Assembly: GCA_965221125.1 (NCBI GenBank)
Contig: CBDCRW010000004.1
Span: 512,001-576,000 of the forward strand
DNA: 64,000 nucleotides
Origin: Alphaproteobacteria bacterium
GTDB lineage: Bacteria > Pseudomonadota > Alphaproteobacteria > UBA828
Direction of reading: 5' to 3'
Within the stretch, counting starts at the first letter, position 1; every line of letters begins with the position of its first letter. Below the pieces are notes generated by a model that worked only from the letters and a program-made list of their open reading frames with translations, had not been told where the DNA came from and made no database searches. Position numbers and translations under genes: made by a program. Shown one piece after another: positions 19,407 to 30,933 of the stretch.

Positions 19407-20423
19407 TCAGTTGCGCCTGCGGTTGCGGATCTGCTCCAGAAGAACGGCCAGGATCAGGAACAGGCCTACGAAGAATTGCTGCCACAGGGCATCGATGCCT
19501 GCAAGGAGCAGCGAGTTTCGTATCAGCTCCATCAATCCGGCCCCGATCGGCGCGCCGATGGCAAACACGACTCCGCCGAGCAGGTTGGCGCCGCCGATGA
19601 CCGAGGCGGCGATCACGTTGAGCTCGTAGGTGAGGCCGAGAGCGTTCGTCACCGAGCCGAACCAGCCGACCATCAGGAAGGCGGCCAGGCCGGCGCAGAG
19701 CGAGCAGACGACATAGACGGAGACGATGACGCGCTCCACGGGGATGCCCGAGAGCTTCGCGGCCTGCGCGTTGCCGCCGATGGCGATCACCCAGCGGCCC
19801 CAGGTCGAGAAGCGCCAGACCCACGAGAAGACGATGGTGAGGAATATCAGCACCCAGACCGGGTTCGGCACGCCGATGACGCTCGAGCCGCCGATCCACT
19901 CGAACAGGTCCTGGTCGGGCCCGAAATTGTAGATCATCTTGTTGTTGGAGACGACCATGGCGATGGATCGCGCCATCGCCAGCATCCCGAGAGTCACGAC
20001 GAAGGGCGCCAATCGCAGGTAGGCGATGAGCACGCCGTTCACGAGGCCGACCAGTGCCGCCACACCCATGCAGGCCACGAAGCCCAGGCCGATGCTGTGG
20101 CCCGCCTGCATCACCAGGCCGGCGACGATGCCCGTGAGCCCCATCAGGGAGCCCACCGAGAGATCGATGCCCGCCGTGCAGATCACCGCGGACATGCCGA
20201 GCGCCATGATGCCGAAGAAGGCGAAGTTGCGGGTGATGTTGAACAGGTTTCGCTCGGTCATGAACACGTCCGAGACGAAGGTCATGGCGATCACGATCAC
20301 GCAGATCGAGACGAGCACCCAGAAGGGCTGCGTGCGGAAGGCGGCCTGGAGCCCGGTCAGCTCCTGCCTTTGTGTGACGCTCTCGTCGATCTCGGCGAAG
20401 GATTTCCGGTCGGGATCCGTCAT
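19407..20423 (-). CDS. Sugar ABC transporter permease (RbsC-like)
   Basis: GIDLSVG, PFVVTLG, AIGGN and YELNVIAASVIGG motifs. Confidence 0.92.
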   Translation of the reverse strand: MTDPDRKSFAEIDESVTQRQELTGLQAAFRTQPFWVLVSICVIVIAMTFVSDVFMTERNLFNITRNFAFFGIMALGMSAVICTAGIDLSVGSLMGLTGIVAGLVMQAGHSIGLGFVACMGVAALVGLVNGVLIAYLRLAPFVVTLGMLAMARSIAMVVSNNKMIYNFGPDQDLFEWIGGSSVIGVPNPVWVLIFLTIVFSWVWRFSTWGRWVIAIGGNAQAAKLSGIPVERVIVSVYVVCSLCAGLAAFLMVGWFGSVTNALGLTYELNVIAASVIGGANLLGGVVFAIGAPIGAGLMELIRNSLLLAGIDALWQQFFVGLFLILAVLLEQIRNRRRN

Positions 20424-21160
20424 GCCTGCTCGATCGCCCCAGTAATCAGTCCCGTCACTTCTTCGGGGCTCGTGTCCTTGATCGCCTTGTCGGAGACCTT
20501 CCTGCCGCGGCGCAGCACGGCGACCCGGTCGCAGACCGCGAACACGTCCGGCATTCTGTGGGAGACCAGCACGACGGCATGGCTGGTCTCCTTCAGGCGC
20601 TCGATCAACGCGAGGACTTCGGCGACCTGGCGGACCGAAATTGCCGCCGTCGGCTCATCCATCAGCACCAGCTTCGGGTCCGAGAGGCGGGTGCGCGCGA
20701 TCGCGACCGCCTGACGCTGCCCGCCCGACATCTGGCGCACGAGATCGCGCGGCCGGGTCTCGGACTTGAGCTCGGTGAAGAGCTCGCCCGCGCGCCGGAA
20801 CATGGCCTTGTGGTCGAGATAGCGGAACGGCCCGAAGCGCTTCTTGCGCTCGCGGCCCAGGAACACGTTGGCGGCGGCGGTGAGATTGTCGCAGAGCGCG
20901 AGGTCCTGATAGACGATCTCGATGCCGTGCTGGCGTGCGTCGATCGGCTTGTGGAAATGGACTTCCTCGCCTTCGATGCGGATCGAGCCTGCCGTCGGCG
21001 GGTAATTGCCGGCGACGATCTTCATCAGCGTCGACTTGCCCGCGCCGTTGTCGCCCATGAGGCCCACCGCCTCGCCGACGGAGACGGTGAGATCGACGTC
21101 CTGCAGGGCCTGAATTGCACCGAAGCTCTTCGAGATGCTCTCGAGTTCGAGCAGGCTCAC
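20420..21160 (-). CDS. Sugar ABC transporter ATP-binding protein
   Basis: GDNGAGKST, MSGGQRQ and MDEPTAA motifs. Confidence 0.92.
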   Translation of the reverse strand: MSLLELESISKSFGAIQALQDVDLTVSVGEAVGLMGDNGAGKSTLMKIVAGNYPPTAGSIRIEGEEVHFHKPIDARQHGIEIVYQDLALCDNLTAAANVFLGRERKKRFGPFRYLDHKAMFRRAGELFTELKSETRPRDLVRQMSGGQRQAVAIARTRLSDPKLVLMDEPTAAISVRQVAEVLALIERLKETSHAVVLVSHRMPDVFAVCDRVAVLRRGRKVSDKAIKDTSPEEVTGLITGAIEQA

Positions 21161-21286
21161 TCCGGGTTCTCCCGCATTGCAGCGCTCCGGGCGTCGGACA
21201 CGCGGCCGACGCCCTTCATGCCGCGACTAAAGCCGCATTTCTCGCCAATGTCACGGTCTGCGTCGAGGGGACCGCAGCAACCGGCG

Positions 21287-22294
21287 TCAGGCGATTTCGG
21301 AGACCTGGACCAGCCGCTTTTCCTTGATCGACACGTAGGCCGCCTCGGCCAGGATGAGGGCGCGGCGGCCGTCCTCGAAGCTCACCTCGGGCTCTTCGCC
21401 CTTCTCGACCGCATCGACGAAGGAGTCGATCTCGGCCATGAAGGCCTCGGTGTAGCGCTCGATGAAGAAGTAGAGGTAGGGCGCGGCGACCTCGCCGCTC
21501 TTCGCCGAATAGCGCCGCATCTCGTGGGGCTTGCGGTTGCCGGACTGCACCATGCCCTGCGACCCCATCAGCTCGATGCGCTGGTCGTAGCCGTAGACGG
21601 CGGTGCGCGAGTTGTTGATGTGGCACTGCTTGCCGCTCGCCGTGCGCATCACGATCATGGCGGTGTCGATCTCGTCGAGCTCCCCCATGAGCACGGGGTC
21701 GATCAGCGCGCCCGCCACCGCGAAGACCTCGACCGGCTCCTCGCCCAGCATGTAGCGGGCGAGGTCGAAGTCGTGGATCGACATGTCGCGCAGCAGCCCG
21801 CCGGCCGCCTCGAGGTAGCCGCGCGGCGGCAGCTCCGGGTCGCGCGAGGTGATGATGACCTGGTGGAGGTCGCCGATCTCGCCGGCGAGCACGGCGTTGC
21901 GCGCGGCGCGATGGCCCGGATCGAAGCGGCGGTTGAAGCCGATCTGCACGGGCACGGAGGAGCCGGCGATCCGGGCCCGGCAGGCCTCGACGCGGGCGAG
22001 GCCGAGATCGATGGGCTTCTCGCAGAGCGTGGGCTTGCCGGCGTCCACCGCCATCTCGATGTAGTCGGCGTGGGTCGGCGTCGCGGACGCGATCAGGACC
22101 GCGTCGACCTCCGCCGAGGCGAGGACCTCCTCGACGCTAGCCGCGACGCGGGCGCCCTCGCGCGCGGCCACGGCCGCCGCCGCTTCTGCATCGATGTCGT
22201 AGACCAGGGGAAGAGAGGTGCGCGGGTGACGCCCGACATTGGCCGCGTGCATCTGGCCGATGCGCCCGCACCCGAGAACCGCGATACGCAACAT
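21287..22294 (-). CDS. iolG: Inositol 2-dehydrogenase
   Basis: GCGRIG, CEKPID, GFNRRFD, ITSRDP, DMSIHDFD and YGYDQRIE motifs. Confidence 0.85.
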   Translation of the reverse strand: MLRIAVLGCGRIGQMHAANVGRHPRTSLPLVYDIDAEAAAAVAAREGARVAASVEEVLASAEVDAVLIASATPTHADYIEMAVDAGKPTLCEKPIDLGLARVEACRARIAGSSVPVQIGFNRRFDPGHRAARNAVLAGEIGDLHQVIITSRDPELPPRGYLEAAGGLLRDMSIHDFDLARYMLGEEPVEVFAVAGALIDPVLMGELDEIDTAMIVMRTASGKQCHINNSRTAVYGYDQRIELMGSQGMVQSGNRKPHEMRRYSAKSGEVAAPYLYFFIERYTEAFMAEIDSFVDAVEKGEEPEVSFEDGRRALILAEAAYVSIKEKRLVQVSEIA

Positions 22295-22347
22295 CCCAAT
22301 CTCCTCTTGCAAGTCTGTGCCGTTCGGCGATCAGCGCCGCGGCGGGG

Positions 22348-23481
22348 TCAGGCCTCGACGGGGAGCCAGCGCCGCTCGCGCGAAGACCGCTGGATCGTCT
22401 CCACCAGGGTCTGGATACGCAGGCCGCCGCGGAAGTTGAAGGGTTCGGGACCCCGACCCGCCAGGGCGTCGACGTAGCCCGCGATCTCGATCGCCTTCAG
22501 GTCGTTGAAGCCGAGCTGGTGGCCCGCGCCAGGGCAGAAGCGGCCGTAGGGCGGATGATCCGGCGCGGCCTCGATGCGGCGGAAGCCGCGCCGGCCCGGC
22601 GCATCGTCCACGCTGTAGTAGTGCAGCTCGCTGAAGCGCTCCTGGCTGAAGGCGAGCGCGCCCTTGGCTCCGTAGACCTCGAAGTCGTGCTGCATCTTGC
22701 GCCCGGTCGAGATCCAGTTGCCCTCGACGGAGCCGGTGGCGCCATTCTCGAACACGACGAAGGCGCGGCCCAGATCGTCGACCTCCATGGTGCGCCGGCC
22801 GCCCCCTTCGTCGGTGCGCTCGGCGATCATGGTCACGCAATGCCCCATCACCTCGGCGATGGGCCCCAGCAGATACTCCGCCGTGGCGAGCGCGTGGCTG
22901 CCGATATCGGCCAGCGCGCCCCCGCCCGCCGGCTCGTGGCGGAAGTTGGGCGGCGCCTCGGCATCGGTCATGTAGTCCTCGCAGTGGATGCCGCGGTAGC
23001 CGAGGATCGCGCCGAGCTCGCCGGCCGCGATCATCGCCCTTGCTGCCGCCATCATCGGGTTGCAGAGGTAGTTGAAGCCGACCTGCGTCTTCACGCCTGC
23101 GGCTTCCGCCGCCTCCGTCATCGCGCGCGCGTCCTCGACCGAGGTTGCGAGCGGCTTCTCGCAGTGGACGTGCTTGCCCGCGGCGATGGCCGCGAGCGAC
23201 ATCTCCTTGTGCAGCGCGTTGGGCGTGGTGACGTGGATCACGTCGATCTCGGGATCGTCGATCATGGTGCGCCAGTCGGTCGTCCACCGGCCGAAGCCGA
23301 GCGAGTCGGCGGCACCGGCCGCAAGCTCCTCCGTGACGTCGGCGACCGTATGCAGAACTGGCGCGAGCGGCAGGCCCAGGACCCGCTGCGCCGTCGCATA
23401 GCCGAAGACATGGGCCTTGCCCATGTAGCCGGTGCCGATCAGGCCGATGCGGAGCGGCGGCTTCTCCGCCGCAGCCGGCAT
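22348..23481 (-). CDS. Gfo/Idh/MocA family oxidoreductase
   Basis: Start at MPAAAEKP (23481); GLIGTGYMG, CEKPLA and GALADIGSH motifs. Confidence 0.88.
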   Translation of the reverse strand: MPAAAEKPPLRIGLIGTGYMGKAHVFGYATAQRVLGLPLAPVLHTVADVTEELAAGAADSLGFGRWTTDWRTMIDDPEIDVIHVTTPNALHKEMSLAAIAAGKHVHCEKPLATSVEDARAMTEAAEAAGVKTQVGFNYLCNPMMAAARAMIAAGELGAILGYRGIHCEDYMTDAEAPPNFRHEPAGGGALADIGSHALATAEYLLGPIAEVMGHCVTMIAERTDEGGGRRTMEVDDLGRAFVVFENGATGSVEGNWISTGRKMQHDFEVYGAKGALAFSQERFSELHYYSVDDAPGRRGFRRIEAAPDHPPYGRFCPGAGHQLGFNDLKAIEIAGYVDALAGRGPEPFNFRGGLRIQTLVETIQRSSRERRWLPVEA

Positions 23482-24290
23482 CAGTAGATGCTCCCGGACT
23501 TCACCTCGGCGCCGTCCCGGCCGACCAGGCTGCGCCATTCGGCGACCGAGGCGCCTGCGGCGGCCGCGAGCAGCCGCGAATCGGCCGCGACCGTGGTCCA
23601 CTCGTAGCCCCACTCGATGGCGCGGAACGCGTATTCGGGCGTGCCGCAATGGATGCCCGCCTTGATGCCGTTGGCCCGGCAGGCATCGGCGATGCGGCGG
23701 ATGATCTCGATCATCTCCGGCTCTTCGCGGTCGAGGGCGGGCGGCAGCCGCCCCTGCTGGGTGCCGAGGGTGAGGTCGGCGGGCCCGACGTAGACGCCGT
23801 CGACGCCGGGGGTGGCGCAGATCTCGTCCAGGTTGCGGACCCCGTCGGCGGTCTCGATCATCGCCATCGCGAGGACCTCGCCGTTCGCCTCGACCCCGTA
23901 ACCCGGATCGGCGACGGCCGCGCGCGTCGGCCCGAAGCTGCGCTGGCCGAGCGGCGGGTAGCGCATGTAGGAGACGAGCGCTTCCGCGTCCTCGCGGTTG
24001 TTGACCATGGGGCAGATGATGCCCATGGCGCCGGCGTCGAGCGCCTTCATGATGATGCCCGGCTCGAGCCAGGGAACGCGCGCCAGCGGCGTGACGCCGG
24101 TCGCGCGCACCGCCTGCAGCATGGGAAGGAGCGCGGCATAGTCGAGCGCCCCGTGCTGCACGTCGATGTTGATCGCGTCGTAGCCCTGGCCGGCCATGAT
24201 CTCGGCCGTGAAGGGGTTGCCGATGGAACACCAGCCCACGAGCACCGGCTGTCCCGAGGCCCAGATGTCTTTCAGCTTGTTGCGTTGCAT
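23481..24290 (-). CDS. HpcH/HpaI family aldolase
   Basis: Start at MQRNKLK (24290); DVQHG, KALDAGA, MIET and YVGPADL motifs. Confidence 0.88.
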   Translation of the reverse strand: MQRNKLKDIWASGQPVLVGWCSIGNPFTAEIMAGQGYDAINIDVQHGALDYAALLPMLQAVRATGVTPLARVPWLEPGIIMKALDAGAMGIICPMVNNREDAEALVSYMRYPPLGQRSFGPTRAAVADPGYGVEANGEVLAMAMIETADGVRNLDEICATPGVDGVYVGPADLTLGTQQGRLPPALDREEPEMIEIIRRIADACRANGIKAGIHCGTPEYAFRAIEWGYEWTTVAADSRLLAAAAGASVAEWRSLVGRDGAEVKSGSIY

Positions 24291-24471
24291 GTCGTTCCCC
24301 TCAACTGGCGGGCCGGACCGGGCGCGGTCTCGCCGGGCTCGCGGGTCCCCTCGCTGCGGCGCTTTCCTATCATTGCTGGCGGCGGAAGGCGAACCGCCAC
24401 CTCCCAATCCGACAATCCCTTACTCGGGGAATGAGGGCGCTCGCAAGGCGGCAACCGGCCCCGCGGCCTTG

Positions 24472-24500
24472 TTGACTCGCTTCGGCCTCCGGGGCTAAAT
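24472..24500 (+). promoter_or_regulatory. Putative sigma70 promoter of sdhCDAB
   Basis: TTGACT-N17-CTAAAT about 50 bp upstream of sdhC. Confidence 0.5.
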
Positions 24501-24549
24501 CGCGGGCGGTGGCGCGGCCCGCCCCAGGGCCCGATCTCAGAGGTGATTC

Positions 24550-24966
24550 GTGGCAGAGCAAACAAGCGGCAGCAGCGTTCGCGCGCGACCGATCTCGCCA
24601 CACCTCACCGTCTATCGCCCGCAGCTCACCTCGGTGCTCTCGATTCTACACCGCTTGACCGGCGTGTTCCTGGCCTCCGGCGCGGCGATGCTCTGCGCCT
24701 GGCTGCTGACCGCCGCCGCAGGCGAGCGCTACTACGACTGGACCGCGTGGTTCCTCACCTCGTGGCTCGGCTACGCGCTGCTGGCGGCCTGGTCCTGGTG
24801 CCTCTTCTACCACCTCTGCAACGGAATCCGGCACCTGTTCTGGGATGCTGGGCTCTGCCTCACGCTCCGCCAGACCTACGCGTCGGGCGCTGCCGTGGTG
24901 GTGGCCTCGTTCGTGCTGACCGGGCTCGCCTGGGGCCTCGGCCTCGCCTGCAACCTGGCCGGCTGA
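24550..24966 (+). CDS. sdhC: Succinate dehydrogenase cytochrome b556 subunit
   Basis: RPISPHL, SILHRLTG and HLCNGIRHLFWD motifs. Confidence 0.93.
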   Translation: MAEQTSGSSVRARPISPHLTVYRPQLTSVLSILHRLTGVFLASGAAMLCAWLLTAAAGERYYDWTAWFLTSWLGYALLAAWSWCLFYHLCNGIRHLFWDAGLCLTLRQTYASGAAVVVASFVLTGLAWGLGLACNLAG

Positions 24967-24974
24967 GGCACGCC

Positions 24975-25358
24975 ATGGCACTGCAGACCCCGCTCGCCAA
25001 GGTCCGCCATCTGGGCTCCGCCAAGGAGGGCGTGAACCACTGGTGGTGGCAGCGGCTGACCGCGATCCTGCTGGTGCCGCTCTCGCTCTGGTTCGTGGGC
25101 TCGCTCCTGTCGCTCGTGGCGGCTGGCGCCGACCGCGACGACTTCGTCGACTGGCTCTCCGGCCCGGTTGCAGCCGTGCTGATGCTGCTCTTCCTCGGCG
25201 CCACCTTCTACCACCTGAAGCTCGGCCTCCAGGTGGTGATCGAGGACTACGTGCACGGCACGTGCAAGTGGGTGCTGCTGATCCTGAACACGCTGATGTG
25301 CCTCCTGCTGGGGCTTGCAGCGCTCTATTCCGTGATCCTCATCGCGGTGCAGGGGTGA
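24975..25358 (+). CDS. sdhD: Succinate dehydrogenase membrane anchor subunit
   Basis: [16 protein letters not shown] and [15 protein letters not shown] motifs; ATG at 24975. Confidence 0.93.
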   Translation: MALQTPLAKVRHLGSAKEGVNHWWWQRLTAILLVPLSLWFVGSLLSLVAAGADRDDFVDWLSGPVAAVLMLLFLGATFYHLKLGLQVVIEDYVHGTCKWVLLILNTLMCLLLGLAALYSVILIAVQG

Positions 25359-25362
25359 GCGC

Positions 25363-27156
25363 ATGACCGCCGCCTACCCGATCACCGAGCACCACGACGA
25401 CGTGGTGGTGGTGGGTGCCGGCGGCGCCGGCCTGCGCGCGACCCTCGGCCTCGCCGAGGCCGGGTTGCAGACCGCCTGCATCAGCAAGCTCTTCCCCACC
25501 CGCAGCCACACCGTGGCAGCGCAAGGGGGCATCTCGGCCGCGCTCGGCAACATGGAGGAGGACGACTGGCGCTGGCACATGTACGACACCGTCAAGGGGT
25601 CGGACTGGCTCGGCGATCAGGACGCGATCGAATACCTCTGCAAGGAGGGCCCCCGCGCCGTCATCGAGCTCGAGCACTACGGCGTGCCCTTCTCGCGCAC
25701 GCCGGACGGCAAGATCTACCAGCGCGCCTTCGGCGGCATGAGCCTCAACTACGGCGAGCGCCAGGCGCACCGCACCTGCGCCGCCGCCGACCGCACCGGC
25801 CATGCCATCCTGCACACGCTCTACCAGCAGTCGCTCCGCCACAAGGCGGCGTTCTTCATCGAGTACTTCGCCCTCGACCTGGTGATGGACGAGGAAGGAG
25901 CCTGCCGCGGCGTGCTCGCCTGGAACCTCGACGACGGCACGCTCCACCTCTTCCGCGCCCACATGGTGATCCTGGCGACCGGCGGCTACGGCCGCGCCTA
26001 CTTCTCCGCCACCTCGGCCCACACGTGCACGGGCGACGGCAACGCCATGGTGCTGCGCGCAGGGCTGCCGCTGCAGGACATGGAGTTCGTGCAGTTCCAC
26101 CCGACCGGCATCTACGGCTCCGGCTGCCTGATGAGCGAGGGGGCGCGCGGTGAGGGCGGCTACCTCATCAACTCGGAGGGCGAGCGCTTCATGGAGCGCT
26201 ATGCGCCCAACGCCAAGGACCTCGCCTCGCGCGACGTGGTCAGCCGCTCGATCACCATGGAGATCCGCGAGGGACGCGGCGTCGGGCCCGAGAAGGACCA
26301 CATGCACCTGAAGATGGACCATCTCGGCGCCGAGGTGCTGAACGAGCGCCTCCCCGGCATTACCGAGACGGCCCGCATCTTCGCCGGCGTCGATGCCTCC
26401 AAGGAGCCGATCCCGGTGATTCCCACCGTCCACTACAACATGGGCGGCATTCCCTGCGTCTACACCGGCGAGACGGTGACGGTGCGGGACGGCGACCCCG
26501 AATCCGTGGTCCCCGGCCTGATGTCGGTGGGCGAGGCCGCCTGCGTCTCGGTCCACGGCGCCAACCGGCTGGGGTCGAACTCGCTGCTCGACCTCGTCGT
26601 CTTCGGCCGCGCGGCGGCGCAGCGCTGTGCCGAGACCGTCGAGGCAGGCGCGCCCCACAAGCCGATGGGGAACGGCGCGCTCGACAAGAGCCTCGACTGG
26701 TTCGACCGGCTCCGCCATGCCAAGGGCGCCACGCCCACGGCGTCCATCCGCCTCGACATGCAGCGCACCATGCAGGAGCACGCCGGCGTCTTCCGCACCC
26801 GCGACATCATGGAGGAAGGTGCGCGCAAGCTCGACGGCGTCTGGGACGGCTTCCGCAACGACATCAGCGTCGCCGACCGCTCGCTCGTCTGGAACTCCGA
26901 TCTCGCCGAGACCATCGAGCTCGACAACCTTATGCGCCAGGCGAGCGTCACGCTTCACTCGGCGCTCAATCGGGAGGAGAGCCGCGGCGGCCATGCGCGC
27001 GAGGATTTTCCTGACCGCGACGACGACACGTGGCTCAAGCACTCCATCGCCTGGCTCGACGACGACGGCAAGACTCGTCTCGACTACCGCCCGGTGCACA
27101 TGCAGACGCTCAGCAACGAGGTCGAGACCATTCCTCTCAAGGCACGGGTCTACTAG
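25363..27156 (+). CDS. sdhA: Succinate dehydrogenase flavoprotein subunit
   Basis: [16 protein letters not shown] and [11 protein letters not shown] motifs. Confidence 0.97.
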   Translation: MTAAYPITEHHDDVVVVGAGGAGLRATLGLAEAGLQTACISKLFPTRSHTVAAQGGISAALGNMEEDDWRWHMYDTVKGSDWLGDQDAIEYLCKEGPRAVIELEHYGVPFSRTPDGKIYQRAFGGMSLNYGERQAHRTCAAADRTGHAILHTLYQQSLRHKAAFFIEYFALDLVMDEEGACRGVLAWNLDDGTLHLFRAHMVILATGGYGRAYFSATSAHTCTGDGNAMVLRAGLPLQDMEFVQFHPTGIYGSGCLMSEGARGEGGYLINSEGERFMERYAPNAKDLASRDVVSRSITMEIREGRGVGPEKDHMHLKMDHLGAEVLNERLPGITETARIFAGVDASKEPIPVIPTVHYNMGGIPCVYTGETVTVRDGDPESVVPGLMSVGEAACVSVHGANRLGSNSLLDLVVFGRAAAQRCAETVEAGAPHKPMGNGALDKSLDWFDRLRHAKGATPTASIRLDMQRTMQEHAGVFRTRDIMEEGARKLDGVWDGFRNDISVADRSLVWNSDLAETIELDNLMRQASVTLHSALNREESRGGHAREDFPDRDDDTWLKHSIAWLDDDGKTRLDYRPVHMQTLSNEVETIPLKARVY

Positions 27157-27171
27157 GGAGGTCGGTCACCG

Positions 27172-27951
27172 ATGGCGCAACTCACGCTCCCGCAGAACTC
27201 GAAGGTCGGCAAGGGCAAGCACTTCCCGGTGGAAGCGGGCGGGAGCAACACCCGGCGCTTCAAGATCTACCGCTACGATCCCGACGGCAGCGAGAACCCG
27301 CGCACGGACACCTACGACCTCGATCTCGACCGCTGCGGCCCGATGGTCCTGGACGCCCTCATCACGATCAAGAACGAGGTGGACTCCACGCTCACCTTCC
27401 GCCGCAGCTGCCGCGAGGGGATCTGCGGTTCCTGCGCCATGAACGTCGACGGCACCAACACACTCGCCTGCATCAAGCCCATCGACGAGGTGAAGGGCGA
27501 GGTGCGCATCTACCCGCTGCCGCACATGCCGGTGGTGAAGGACCTGGTGCCCGACATGGCGGACTTTTATGCCCAGTATGCTTCCATCGAGCCCTGGATG
27601 AAGACGGACACCGCGCCGCCGTCGTCGACCGAGCGGCTGCAGGCGCCGGAGGACCGCGAGAAGCTCGACGGCCTCTACGAGTGCATCCTCTGCGCCTGCT
27701 GCTCGACGAGCTGTCCGAGCTACTGGTGGAACAGCGATCGCTACCTCGGCCCCGCGACCCTGCTGCAGGCCTACCGCTGGCTTGCCGACAGCCGCGACGA
27801 GGCCACCGGCGAGCGGCTCGACGAGCTGGAGGACCCCTTCCGCCTCTACCGCTGCCACACCATCATGAACTGCACCCGCACCTGCCCGAAGCACCTGAAC
27901 CCGGCCAAGGCGATCGCCGAGATCAAGAAGATGATGGTTGCCCGCCGCTAG
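27172..27951 (+). CDS. sdhB: Succinate dehydrogenase iron-sulfur subunit
   Basis: [22 protein letters not shown] and [12 protein letters not shown] motifs. Confidence 0.97.
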   Translation: MAQLTLPQNSKVGKGKHFPVEAGGSNTRRFKIYRYDPDGSENPRTDTYDLDLDRCGPMVLDALITIKNEVDSTLTFRRSCREGICGSCAMNVDGTNTLACIKPIDEVKGEVRIYPLPHMPVVKDLVPDMADFYAQYASIEPWMKTDTAPPSSTERLQAPEDREKLDGLYECILCACCSTSCPSYWWNSDRYLGPATLLQAYRWLADSRDEATGERLDELEDPFRLYRCHTIMNCTRTCPKHLNPAKAIAEIKKMMVARR

Positions 27952-27994
27952 TGTCGTTTCCCGGAAGAACGCATGAAATACCTTGGCCTCCCAC

Positions 27995-28084
27995 CGTCAT
28001 GCCCGGACTTGTTCCGGGCATCCAGCCACAATAGGCGTGGCCGGGGTTGCCTCGTGGATGGCCGGGACAAGCCCGGCCATGACG
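27995..28084. repeat. REP doublet (CGTC-type, inverted pair)
   Basis: CGTCATGCCCGGACTTGTTCCGGGCATCCA ... TGGATGGCCGGGACAAGCCCGGCCATGACG, resembling alphaproteobacterial REP pairs. Confidence 0.8.
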
Positions 28085-28125
28085 TGCGGGAGTTTGTGAA
28101 CGTCGGTGCCGGGACAGGACGCTAA

Positions 28126-29112
<987 letters not shown>

Positions 29113-29129
29113 CAAACTTAGTTCGTCAC

Positions 29130-29768
29130 TTACGCAGGATGACGAGTAATAAAATCTCGCACGCTTTGCAATAGTAGCGACACCTGATCTTTAGTGTACG
29201 CGGAATAGTTACCATGCGCCGCGTCGTTTCTTAGACCAAGCCACGCCGTTACGTTTTTTTGATCAAGCTTGGAATACACTTTTTGTTTGGCTAACTCCGC
29301 GTTTAATTCGTCGACTTTCTTTGCCTTGCCGTTACGTTCAGTGCTGATGCTGTGCTTGCTACACATATTTTTCAGATGAACTTCAAGCGTGCCTCCTGTC
29401 AGCACCGCAGCGGCATCCTTATAATCGTTGTCCAACAGATGCATAGCCATTTCAAAGTAGTCACCAAATACATTTCCATGCAATAGCTCTTCAACGGATT
29501 GTAGGTAGCCGTTGCGGATGTCAGAAATCAAAGCTTTCGCTATTCCTATTTCCATCTGAAGACAAACCCAATCTCTGCTCTCATTTTTTCTAAGCTCTAC
29601 GACGTTCGTACAATACGCAGAAGTTGAGCCTGAAGCTCTTTTGACTGCGGCAATGCAACGAGTTCGGAGTTCGGCAATTCCTCCGTAATCAAGATCAGTC
29701 CCCTGAGCAGTGCGCTCGTCGTATTCGGAGACAACATCTGCCAATTGCTGTTCGAAGACTTGTGTCAT
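29130..29768 (-). CDS. Low-GC protein with HEPN-type R-x4-H motif (DUF4145-like)
   Basis: AAAVLTGGTLEVHL and WLGLRNDAAHG; markedly AT-richer than the flanking genes. Confidence 0.65.
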   Translation of the reverse strand: MTQVFEQQLADVVSEYDERTAQGTDLDYGGIAELRTRCIAAVKRASGSTSAYCTNVVELRKNESRDWVCLQMEIGIAKALISDIRNGYLQSVEELLHGNVFGDYFEMAMHLLDNDYKDAAAVLTGGTLEVHLKNMCSKHSISTERNGKAKKVDELNAELAKQKVYSKLDQKNVTAWLGLRNDAAHGNYSAYTKDQVSLLLQSVRDFITRHPA

Positions 29769-29803
29769 TAGTTTTCCAGGCTGCTAGACAATTTCCGAGT
29801 TCC

Positions 29804-30712
29804 CTACCCCGCCGCCTCCAACCAGTGGCGGGCGATTTCCTCGCGGGTTGCGAACCAGACGCCCTCGTGCGCCTGCGCGTGCTCGATGAAGCGGCTGAGC
29901 CCCGCGATCCGCCCCGGTCGGCCGATCATGCGGGCGTGCAGCCCGATGGACATCATCTTCGGGCAAGTCGCCGATTCCGCGTAGAGCGTGTCGAAACTGT
30001 CCCGCGCGTACTGATAGAAGTGATCGGCGGTAAGGAAGCCGGGCGCCGTCCAGAAGGAGAAGTCATTGATATCGCACGTGTAGGGGATGACCAGATGGCG
30101 CTTTCCGCCGACCTCGACGAAGAAGGGCAGGTCGTCGTTGTAGGCGTCTGAATCGTAGATGAAGCCGCCTTCGTCAACCACAAGCTCGCGGGTGTGGATC
30201 GAGGGGCCGAAGCGGCAGTACCAGCCCACGGGCCGCTTGCCGCAGGTGCGCTCGAAGGATTCGATGGCGAGCCGAATGTGCTCGCGCTCCTCCTCGCGGC
30301 TCAGGCGGAACACCTCCTCCCAGCGCCAGCCGTGGCTGCACACTTCGTGGCCGCCGGCGACCACGGCGCGGGCCACCTCCGGGTTCTGCTCGAAAGCGAC
30401 GGCGCAGGCATAGAAGGTGGACTTGATCCCGGTCCTCTCGAAGAGCCGCAGAATACGCCAGACACCGGCGCGGGAGCCGTACTCGAACATCGATTCCATG
30501 GCGAGGTTGCGATAGACCTCGGGCAGCGAGTAGCTGCCGAACTCGGTGAGCCCTTCCTGGCGCGCATCGCCCATGGCGTGCGAATACTCCGAGCCCTCCT
30601 CGTAGTTGACCACCACCGAGACGGCGATGCGCGCCCCGTTCGGCCAGGGGATCGCCGGCGGGTTCGCGCCATAGCCCACGAGATCGCGCCCGCCTGAAAT
30701 TATCTCCGCCAT
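29804..30712 (-). CDS. Polysaccharide deacetylase family protein (PuuE allantoinase-like)
   Basis: RDLVGYG, WPNGARIAV, NYEEGSE, FEYGSRAG, HGWRW and MMSIGLH motifs. Confidence 0.85.
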   Translation of the reverse strand: MAEIISGGRDLVGYGANPPAIPWPNGARIAVSVVVNYEEGSEYSHAMGDARQEGLTEFGSYSLPEVYRNLAMESMFEYGSRAGVWRILRLFERTGIKSTFYACAVAFEQNPEVARAVVAGGHEVCSHGWRWEEVFRLSREEEREHIRLAIESFERTCGKRPVGWYCRFGPSIHTRELVVDEGGFIYDSDAYNDDLPFFVEVGGKRHLVIPYTCDINDFSFWTAPGFLTADHFYQYARDSFDTLYAESATCPKMMSIGLHARMIGRPGRIAGLSRFIEHAQAHEGVWFATREEIARHWLEAAG

Positions 30713-30770
30713 GATTCGCCTTCCCTTGCCCCGCCGCGCGCGTCAGCCCTACGCCGGCCCACTGTCGTCT

Positions 30771-30915
30771 CTTGAGCGTTTCCGTTTCACACGGAAACGC
30801 TCTTGCCTTTTGTCGCTCACGGCAGCCGGCCGTTGGCCGGCGCCTGCGCGAGCGCGCCGCATGCGCGGCGGGCCGCGGTCGCGGCCTGTCGCGAGTCCGT
30901 CAACGACGGCCTCGC
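30771..30915. repeat. Dispersed structured repeat, copy 4
   Basis: GAGCGTTTCCGT-ttcac-ACGGAAACGCTC hairpin followed by TCGCTCACGGC...GGCGCCTGCGCG...GCGGCGGGCCGCGGTCGCGGCCTGTCGCG. Confidence 0.85.
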
Positions 30916-30933
30916 TCCCCCCATCATAGAGCG

